The notes under the pieces: model-generated
What the model was told of the DNA's origin: nothing
Seen by the model: only the letters and a program-made list of their open reading frames with translations
Databases searched by the model: none
In this document: positions 58,877 to 64,000 of the stretch, piece after piece
Position numbering within the stretch: position 1 is the first letter of the stretch
Layout of the letters: each line of letters opens with the position of its first letter
From: a virus
Taxonomy: Duplodnaviria; Caudoviricetes
DNA: 64,000 bases
Direction: 5' to 3' (one strand)
Virus record (IMG/VR): IMGVR_UViG_3300020718_000010
Coordinates: 27,035 to 91,034 of that record
Made by a program: the position numbers and the translations under genes

Positions 58877-59677
58877 TTAGAAAGGTGAGTTGTTGTCCTT
58901 CTCACAAACATCTTGGAACGAACACCAGCCACATAAGACCGACGGTTTTGGAGGGAACACACCTGCTTCATAACAGGCCTCAATAGAGCCCCACGTCTTT
59001 CTGACGTTTAGTTCAGCATCACGAATGTCCCTATCAGTAACGGCTTTTGCAATGGTGTCGCCGTTTTTTACATAAATAAGGCGAAGACTTGTTGGTCTTT
59101 CACCATGAACTTCTTGGCAAAGGTAGGCATAGATTTTGCAGGCTTGAAGTGCCTCTGCTTGGTATCGGGGCTTTGGTGTTTTGCCAGTCTTGTAGTCAAC
59201 AATTTCTAGCGTTCCATCTTCTTTTCGGTCGAGGCGGTCAATAATTCCACGAAGTCCGAATCCGCCCATGTCGTAGTCAACTCTCATTTCGGTAGAAACA
59301 AGATTGATTTTTGTAGGGTCTTCTATCGTGTAATAGGTACGAATGTGCGAAGTGATGTCCGCAGCCATCTTTTGTTGAGCCTCGGAATCAAGCCCCATTT
59401 CGCCTGCAATTTCTGGCGTCATGTATTCCGGGTATACCTTACGGAACTCTGCCATTGCGTTTTCGATGGTCCGGTCTTGTGCTGTTGGCTGGTCTTTGAA
59501 AAGGTTTTCTAGAACTGCGTGGAAGATTGTCCCACGGTAGGCATCAATAGATTTCTTCTCTGGCAACTTTTCAACACTTACGTATTGATACTGGCGAGGG
59601 CATTTTTTGAATTGGCTTACACGTGATGGTGATACGCCATTTGGCTTCTCGCCTAAAAATACTGGTGTTATTGACAT
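58877..59677 (-). CDS. PD-(D/E)XK RecB/Cas4-like exonuclease with four-Cys cluster (266 aa)
   Basis: SPS....KCP, RGTIFH..LE, GIIDRLD, IVDYKTG, LCGWCSFQDVC. Confidence 0.88.
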   Translation of the reverse strand: MSITPVFLGEKPNGVSPSRVSQFKKCPRQYQYVSVEKLPEKKSIDAYRGTIFHAVLENLFKDQPTAQDRTIENAMAEFRKVYPEYMTPEIAGEMGLDSEAQQKMAADITSHIRTYYTIEDPTKINLVSTEMRVDYDMGGFGLRGIIDRLDRKEDGTLEIVDYKTGKTPKPRYQAEALQACKIYAYLCQEVHGERPTSLRLIYVKNGDTIAKAVTDRDIRDAELNVRKTWGSIEACYEAGVFPPKPSVLCGWCSFQDVCEKDNNSPF

Positions 59678-59683
59678 GGAACC

Positions 59684-59712
59684 ACCCTACTTGAGGGGTG
59701 TGACAATTACAA
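59684..59712 (-). promoter_or_regulatory. Promoter TTGTAA-N17-TAGGGT, 6 nt before ATG (leaderless type)
   Basis: -35 at 59707-59712, -10 at 59684-59689, ATG at 59675-59677. Confidence 0.6.
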
Positions 59713-59719
59713 GGAGGGT

Positions 59720-59983
59720 TTAGAACAAGTCTTCAAACTTGTTGTATTCACGGACCTTGTGAAACATTTTGCTTATTTTTTGGGCCATTTTTTTAGCAGA
59801 CTTTGCATCACGTGAAAAAACGCTGAAATCTTGCATGGGCAAAATCATCCCATTTACATTTTCTTTACGAATAATCCTAAGTTCAGCAAATGATTTATTG
59901 TTCCAAACAACAAATGTATAAGGGCCATCTTTGGCTTCTTGGACGTTAAAGTCCTTTTCTTCCCAAGAAAGTTTATGAGCCAT
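59720..59983 (-). CDS. Hypothetical protein (87 aa)
   Basis: ORF coupled to the upstream gene (TAATG overlap). Confidence 0.6.
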   Translation of the reverse strand: MAHKLSWEEKDFNVQEAKDGPYTFVVWNNKSFAELRIIRKENVNGMILPMQDFSVFSRDAKSAKKMAQKISKMFHKVREYNKFEDLF

Positions 59984-60228
59984 TAGTTTGTTTCTTCAGC
60001 GTATTGAACTAAGTGGCTAAAAGGCTCAAGTGACTCAACTTTTGCCTTTAATTCAGCGTTTTCCTTAGTCAAAGACTCGTTCTCAGTCGCAAGACGGCTG
60101 AGCGTTTCCTTCTGAGAAAGGGCCATGCTGATTAGGGCATTGACATCTGAGGTTTCAGGCTCAACGCCCTGACCAACTTGACGCCAAACCTTGTCAGCAA
60201 GTTCGGTTAATGTTTGTGTCATATGCAA
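59983..60228 (-). CDS. Hypothetical coiled-coil protein (81 aa)
   Basis: RBS AGGAG; heptad segment LSRLATENESLTKENAELKAKVESL. Confidence 0.65.
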   Translation of the reverse strand: MHMTQTLTELADKVWRQVGQGVEPETSDVNALISMALSQKETLSRLATENESLTKENAELKAKVESLEPFSHLVQYAEETN

Positions 60229-60280
60229 CTCCTATGTAGGGGGGTTGGTACTATCCACAGGTTACCATACCCCTGTTGAT

Positions 60281-60673
60281 TTAAACAACACCTGTGTATT
60301 TCAGCCATGTTGTTGGGTTTTCTGCATCTGGCTCGTACTCTGTTTCTGTAACTCTGTTACATTTCGCACAAGTAATTTTTACGGTTCCAGCCTTTGGGCT
60401 CTTGATTCGCCAGTCGTGCTTGCATTGGCCGGGTGCTGATTTTGAAGTCAACTTAATGGCTCGTCGATAGGGGTCTCTGACTATTCTCCCGTCACTTTCC
60501 AATTTCATAATTATGGCGTGAATGGTAGAACTGCTTTTAATTCCAATTGCCCGGGCTATGTCTCTGAGCGATGGCGGATAGCCAAGTTCTTTCCAATGCC
60601 ACTCAATGTAACGAATTACTTCATCTGATTCGTAACGTTGACTTCCCATTATCTTCTTTTGTGTTTTTTCCAT
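60281..60673 (-). CDS. LexA-like winged-helix repressor with C-terminal Zn-ribbon and no peptidase domain (130 aa; start reassigned)
   Basis: VIRYI..HW...GYPPSLRDIARAIGIKSSSTIH.....LE..G.I.RDP...RAI matches the LexA DNA-binding domain; C-terminus CKH...CAKC. Confidence 0.8.
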   Translation of the reverse strand: MEKTQKKIMGSQRYESDEVIRYIEWHWKELGYPPSLRDIARAIGIKSSSTIHAIIMKLESDGRIVRDPYRRAIKLTSKSAPGQCKHDWRIKSPKAGTVKITCAKCNRVTETEYEPDAENPTTWLKYTGVV

Positions 60674-60679
60674 GTCAGG

Positions 60680-60709
60680 ATAGTAGCGCAAACCGAACAC
60701 TGTTCGCAA
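60680..60709 (-). promoter_or_regulatory. Promoter of the LexA-like gene (TTGCGA-N18-TACTAT) overlapped by palindrome CGAAC-N3-GTTCG
   Basis: -35 at 60704-60709, -10 at 60680-60685, ATG 6 nt later; palindrome at 60694-60706. Confidence 0.55.
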
Positions 60710-60710
60710 C

Positions 60711-60739
60711 TTGACGGGGGTTAGATACTCTGATAGACT
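60711..60739 (+). promoter_or_regulatory. Plus-strand promoter TTGACG-N17-TAGACT with extended TG
   Basis: -35 at 60711-60716, -10 at 60734-60739, TGA immediately upstream of the -10. Confidence 0.75.
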
Positions 60740-60745
60740 CACGCT

Positions 60746-60823
60746 GTTCTTGGGGGCGACTGCACACAACGCTAAGGACGACCCTAAATCCCGTTTGCCG
60801 AAAGGCGACGGGATTTAGTTTTT
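60746..60823 (+). ncRNA. Candidate ~78-nt trans-acting antisense small RNA
   Basis: Bounded by a near-consensus promoter and a terminator, both plus-oriented; no ATG-initiated or SD-preceded ORF; 12+8 nt complementarity to the leader at 62804-62830. The 5' end is estimated. Confidence 0.65.
60784..60823 (+). terminator. Intrinsic terminator, plus-strand orientation
   Basis: 11-bp stem CTAAATCCCGT/ACGGGATTTAG enclosing GCC-GAAA-GGC, followed by TTTTT only on the plus strand. Confidence 0.8.
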
Positions 60824-61294
60824 GGAAGACTCAAACCCGAAGGCTTCCCATTTTTCCTTTTTGGAAATGCGGTCAATTATTGTTTTGCCATCTAAGTGGT
60901 CAATCTCATGTTGGAAGATGCAGGCCTCTAAACCCTCTGCTTCCACTTCAATTGTTTCCCCGCTTATGTTTAGCCCAATCATGTGAACTTTGTCGTAACG
61001 TGGAATGTCCCAATATTTTTCAGGGATAGAAAGACATCCCTCTGTTCCAACCTGATGTCCACCCATTTCCAAAATCTGTGGATTAATAACGGCACGCAAA
61101 ACTTTGTCGCCCATCTCATAAACAAAAAGACGCTTGCTGATTCCAATTTGATTAGCGGCTAACCCTACGCCATTAAGTTTGTACATGACCTCGCCCATGC
61201 GTGCGATTACCTTTACAAGGTCTTCATTAATCTCTGTAACGTCATTTGTAGGCGTTTGCAGAACCATGTTCGGGTAGTGAACTATTTCAAGCAA
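60815..61294 (-). CDS. def: Peptide deformylase (start reassigned to TTG 61294; 159 aa)
   Basis: All three motifs present: GVGLAANQ, EGCLS, QHEIDHLDG; RBS GGGAG 5 nt before TTG. Confidence 0.95.
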   Translation of the reverse strand: MLEIVHYPNMVLQTPTNDVTEINEDLVKVIARMGEVMYKLNGVGLAANQIGISKRLFVYEMGDKVLRAVINPQILEMGGHQVGTEGCLSIPEKYWDIPRYDKVHMIGLNISGETIEVEAEGLEACIFQHEIDHLDGKTIIDRISKKEKWEAFGFESSKN

Positions 61295-61520
61295 AAGTAC
61301 TCCCGTTGTACTGTTTACGAATTTCTTCAAAAAGGTCGGCAGCAAAATGGTCTACATCTTTGTAATTTTCTTGATGAACAAAAAGCCTGCTTGCGGCAAC
61401 CATAAAACAGTATGTCAAAAGACAACGCTCTTCCATAGAATTATCCATGAGATTATTAATCGTATTATTTGCTGCTTCCAATTCATATTGCAGCGCTTGT
61501 ATTTTTTTTCTCTTGCTCAT
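61287..61520 (-). CDS. Hypothetical protein (77 aa)
   Basis: Overlap-coupled on both sides. Confidence 0.6.
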   Translation of the reverse strand: MSKRKKIQALQYELEAANNTINNLMDNSMEERCLLTYCFMVAASRLFVHQENYKDVDHFAADLFEEIRKQYNGSTFA

Positions 61521-61687
61521 AGATTTCCCATCTGGTCATACTTTGCTGGAACTTTTCCCTTGTACGGAGCACCATTGAATTCTGCAGTAAATGCAAAACG
61601 TTCAGCACAAACAGCGCACATCACGTACGTCTTGGCACCCATGTTCATGAGCAACCATTGGTGTGGTTTGGTGCAGGCTTTAGCCAT
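61517..61687 (-). CDS. Small Zn-finger-like protein (56 aa, not in ORF track)
   Basis: MAKACTKPHQWLLMNMGAKTYVMCAVCAERFAF...GNL; purine-rich RBS GGAAGAGGA; ATGA overlap with the next gene. Confidence 0.65.
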   Translation of the reverse strand: MAKACTKPHQWLLMNMGAKTYVMCAVCAERFAFTAEFNGAPYKGKVPAKYDQMGNL

Positions 61688-61805
61688 TCCTCTTCCACCT
61701 ATTTAATAATGATTTTTTGTCGTTGGCGTAATAAGTCTTTCGCCATTTCGCCCACTTAGTTTCCATTAAGGCAATCTTTATTTCTCGTTCTAAGCGGTGC
61801 TTCAT
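61680..61805 (-). CDS. Small basic protein (41 aa, not in ORF track)
   Basis: MKHRLEREIKIALMETKWAKWRKTYYANDKKSLLNRWKRNG; fills the gap, overlapping both neighbours. Confidence 0.5.
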   Translation of the reverse strand: MKHRLEREIKIALMETKWAKWRKTYYANDKKSLLNRWKRNG

Positions 61806-62035
61806 TCTGATGGAACCTTCTCGCTGCTCATCAAAGCCTTCGCTTCAATTGCGTCATTCTCCCAGTCTTCAAGAGTTCCAAGCCTAACCATTGGTAGGCA
61901 TAGAGCGTCATATTCACCGGTCTCGCAGATTTCTATTTCTGTTTCGCTTAACGGCGCACCATCGTGCACCTCGCAAAACTGTGGTGAACAGAACTTGTTT
62001 TCAATTCCGTATTTGAGCCATTCAAGTAAATCCAT
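61802..62035 (-). CDS. Hypothetical Cys/His-containing protein (77 aa)
   Basis: RBS AAGGGGAAG; CSPQFCEVHDG...C...C.PMVRL. Confidence 0.65.
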   Translation of the reverse strand: MDLLEWLKYGIENKFCSPQFCEVHDGAPLSETEIEICETGEYDALCLPMVRLGTLEDWENDAIEAKALMSSEKVPSE

Positions 62036-62103
62036 CTTCTTCCCCTTATTTCTTGGTGAACAAGAAGATACCAGAACTCAGGCTTAAATGCCAGTAATTA
62101 TTA

Positions 62104-62736
62104 TCAAGAGCAGCCGTCTGTCCATTCAGGGTAGAAGCCGTTATTACGGTTGTAGAACCAAACCGCAACTGCTGATTGCTGCTGCGGAGTTGCCGCCATT
62201 GCCGTTGGTGCCTTTATACCTAAAGCCGATGCACCAAAAGTCCAAAGGTAAGGGAGGAATTGATAAAGCCCCTGAGCACCACTAGATACGTTTACCGAGT
62301 TGGGGTGATTACGACTTTCGGTGTAACGAATGCAGGCAAAGATTTCCTGAACGCTTAAAGGAAGGGTATGGGTTGGGTCATCTGCCGTTGGCTGATAAGC
62401 GGTCTTGTCGTAAGTCCATGTCCACCAAAGTGCTTTTCCAATTTTGTACGTATCATCGCTTGAAGCGCTGGCGTGCATGACTGGCCCCGGGCGAACCGGT
62501 CCACGCTTTGTTGGAACAAAAAAAGACGGAGTTGGCGCCAAGGCCATCGTCGTAGTTGTCACGGGTGCCGCAATCGTGGTTGTAGGCGTTGATAGCGCCG
62601 ACTGGTCATAGGCAATAGTTATTGTGCCTTGGGACGTGTCCGACCCCGCAGCGACAGTGTGTTGGTTGACAAGATTGGTAAAGAGACCAATCGTCAAAAC
62701 GAGTGCGAGGTAACCTCCCCGCACTGCACCTATCAC
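62104..62736 (-). CDS. Secreted Rpf-like / lysozyme-fold transglycosylase (210 aa)
   Basis: N-terminal hydrophobic signal ending TVAA; Thr/Pro/Ala linker; FACIRYTES...GAQGLYQF...W...ATPQQQ..VA catalytic domain with paired Cys. Confidence 0.85.
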   Translation of the reverse strand: MIGAVRGGYLALVLTIGLFTNLVNQHTVAAGSDTSQGTITIAYDQSALSTPTTTIAAPVTTTTMALAPTPSFFVPTKRGPVRPGPVMHASASSDDTYKIGKALWWTWTYDKTAYQPTADDPTHTLPLSVQEIFACIRYTESRNHPNSVNVSSGAQGLYQFLPYLWTFGASALGIKAPTAMAATPQQQSAVAVWFYNRNNGFYPEWTDGCS

Positions 62737-62810
62737 GAGCCTGCCTTGATAGAGGAATAGGACAAGCCGTTTATTTGTAAACGGTTAATGCTGATGGTGT
62801 TGTTGCACAC
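62733..62810 (-). CDS. Upstream leader ORF (25 aa) coupled to the transglycosylase; an alternative 7-aa uORF MQQHHQH lies at 62785-62808
   Basis: Perfect SD AAAGGAGG (62815-62822) precedes GTGTG; the 25-codon frame ends in TGA overlapping the hydrolase GTG (GTGA). Confidence 0.5.
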   Translation of the reverse strand: MCNNTISINRLQINGLSYSSIKAGS

Positions 62811-62846
62811 AACGCCTCCTTTGGACGACCATTGGGGGTTCGATTA

Positions 62847-62875
62847 AGGTTATCAAACGGTGAACGATAGGTCAA
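62847..62875 (-). promoter_or_regulatory. Promoter TTGACC-N17-TAACCT with extended TG
   Basis: -35 at 62870-62875, -10 at 62847-62852. Confidence 0.75.
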
Positions 62876-62910
62876 CTACCGCCGTAAAAGCCTTTATTTA
62901 AAAGGAAATA

Positions 62911-63042
62911 CTAAATTTGCCTGAGGGCTGCTTGCCAAAGGTTTTCGCCATATTTCTCGGCATCTTCTTTGGACATTCCGGAAAGCACTTCTGCTTTAAT
63001 TGCTTCAAGGTCAAGTTCTAGTGGCTTGTCTTGCTCTGTCAT
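62911..63042 (-). CDS. Small acidic protein (43 aa, not in ORF track)
   Basis: MTEQDKPLELDLEAIKAEVLSGMSKEDAEKYGENLWQAALRQI; ATGA overlap with the upstream gene; RBS GAGGA. Confidence 0.65.
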   Translation of the reverse strand: MTEQDKPLELDLEAIKAEVLSGMSKEDAEKYGENLWQAALRQI

Positions 63043-64000
63043 TTTGTAATCCTCATCGTGTAGTAATCGGGCGTCCCAAACTTGTCGTAATTCCAGTCTG
63101 TTGGGGCGTACTGCGGGTCAAACGAATTCTTGCTTTCTACCTCAAAACCTAACTTGCCATACATAACTGGTAAGGCGGGTCCAAAGCATTCTACGTAGTT
63201 GACCCCGTGGTTGTCAATGGCGTTTTTTAGCAATTGGAGCCCAGCACCGGATTCACCATTGTTAAATAGGGCCGTAGCCTCAATTCGGCCGTCACCGTGG
63301 TCATGAATTAATAGGCCGGTTTTGCCATCTGCTGATAGGAGCGGCTTCATTCCCTCGCTCTTCATTTCCTCAAGGCTGTAGTGATTCACAAAAGCCGAAA
63401 AGGGGCTGCCCGCAAAAGCCTTATCGAAAGATTCTTTAAAAGAACTTAGGCTTGCTGAACCTTGCCCCCCGGTCCACTGGTTTCCATGAAACTCGTGCCC
63501 CGCCACGTCGCCCTTTGCAACAGATAAAACTTTTTCTACCACCGCTTTTATAAGTCTTGCCTGTTTTTTGGTGACGGTAGTTGTTGGGCTGTAACTGCGT
63601 AAAAAGTCTGCAAATTTGTCGGCGCCGCCTTCTGGAGAAAGAATGTACGTGCTTGCGTGGTCCACCACAAAAGGTGTTGCTTCAATTAATTGCTCGCTGT
63701 ATTTGCCGTCGGGCATTTGGAATCCGTATTTTGTTAGAAGTTCGTGTTCATTCTGAACTCCTTCGGCATCAAGATAACGGTCTTTTCCAATTTGAACAAC
63801 AAAGTGCTGAACCATTGGTGGGCGATTCGCCTCTGCGTACGACTGCAAGTGGGTTTCGCTGCTTGTTACAATTGCCTTCATTTGACCATTTGGATAAAGT
63901 TTTTGAATGGCTTGGGCCACCACTAAGCATCCACCGGCTGTTGGGTAGTTCCCGGTATTTCCAAAAATCTCAGCAAGTTTGTCTAGTGCGCCCCTACTGT
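63039..64000 (-). CDS. Multidomain protein, 5'-truncated: papain/transglutaminase-like domain + GNAT-like domain
   Basis: Frame is open to the window edge; GGCLVVAQA...QHFVVQIG...LDAEG triad; linker KGDVAGHEFHGNQWTGG; GAGLQLLKNAI...VECF...L...YGKLGF. Confidence 0.7.
   Translation of the reverse strand, partial: SRGALDKLAEIFGNTGNYPTAGGCLVVAQAIQKLYPNGQMKAIVTSSETHLQSYAEANRPPMVQHFVVQIGKDRYLDAEGVQNEHELLTKYGFQMPDGKYSEQLIEATPFVVDHASTYILSPEGGADKFADFLRSYSPTTTVTKKQARLIKAVVEKVLSVAKGDVAGHEFHGNQWTGGQGSASLSSFKESFDKAFAGSPFSAFVNHYSLEEMKSEGMKPLLSADGKTGLLIHDHGDGRIEATALFNNGESGAGLQLLKNAIDNHGVNYVECFGPALPVMYGKLGFEVESKNSFDPQYAPTDWNYDKFGTPDYYTMRITK

Noticed and set aside
58877-59677. Cas4-like nuclease as part of a CRISPR system
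   Set aside because: No other cas genes or array in the window; stand-alone RecB/Cas4-family nucleases are common in phages.
60694-60706. Canonical host SOS box
   Set aside because: The spacer between GAAC and GTTC is 3 nt, not 4; reported instead as a candidate phage operator.
60746-60823. The ~78-nt RNA as a tRNA or tmRNA fragment
   Set aside because: No TTCGA T-loop, cloverleaf or CCA end; the GGGGGCGAC start lacks the GGATTCGAC that follows in tmRNA.
48765-61345. ORF-track start positions for 50855, 53996, 54802, 56115, 56679, 60769 and 61345 (also 31081)
   Set aside because: They overlap upstream genes extensively; downstream starts with TAATG/ATGA coupling or clear RBSs fit better and were used.
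62737-62846. c-di-AMP (ydaO) riboswitch upstream of the Rpf-like gene
   Set aside because: The leader is only ~105 nt and lacks the conserved ydaO sequence blocks as I recall them; an Rfam scan would settle it.
1-64000. Stop-codon reassignment, integrase or IS elements
   Set aside because: Long ORFs tile the window under the standard code and end in TAA, TAG and TGA; no recombinase or transposase motifs were seen.

Overview
This window is a 64-kb segment of a tailed dsDNA phage (siphovirus-like), probably infecting an actinobacterium (inferred from an Rpf-type muralytic gene, leaderless-type promoters and PAKK tails). Every protein gene is on the minus strand. In transcription order (right to left) the window holds five blocks. 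(1) A truncated multidomain protein with papain-like and GNAT-like domains, a secreted Rpf-like transglycosylase, peptide deformylase, a LexA-like regulator and a Cas4/RecB-type nuclease. (2) Scaffold, capsid cement and major capsid genes. (3) A phosphoesterase / DUF4406 / DUF1003 / DUF1599 block. (4) A ~40-kb block of ~31 fibre/adhesin genes built from repeated cassettes, containing two enzymes: a GT2-methyltransferase fusion and a divergent LipB-like acyltransferase. (5) Neck genes, two paralogous tail-tube genes, a frameshifting tail chaperone, the tape measure and a >1,900-aa tail protein that runs off the left edge and is missed by the ORF track. The most striking unannotated element is a candidate ~78-nt plus-strand small RNA with its own promoter and terminator (60711-60823), divergent from the LexA-like gene. 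It is complementary in 12+8 nt blocks to both flanks of the Shine-Dalgarno of a uORF coupled to the Rpf-like hydrolase 2 kb away. Family assignments come from motif recognition only; no database searches were run.
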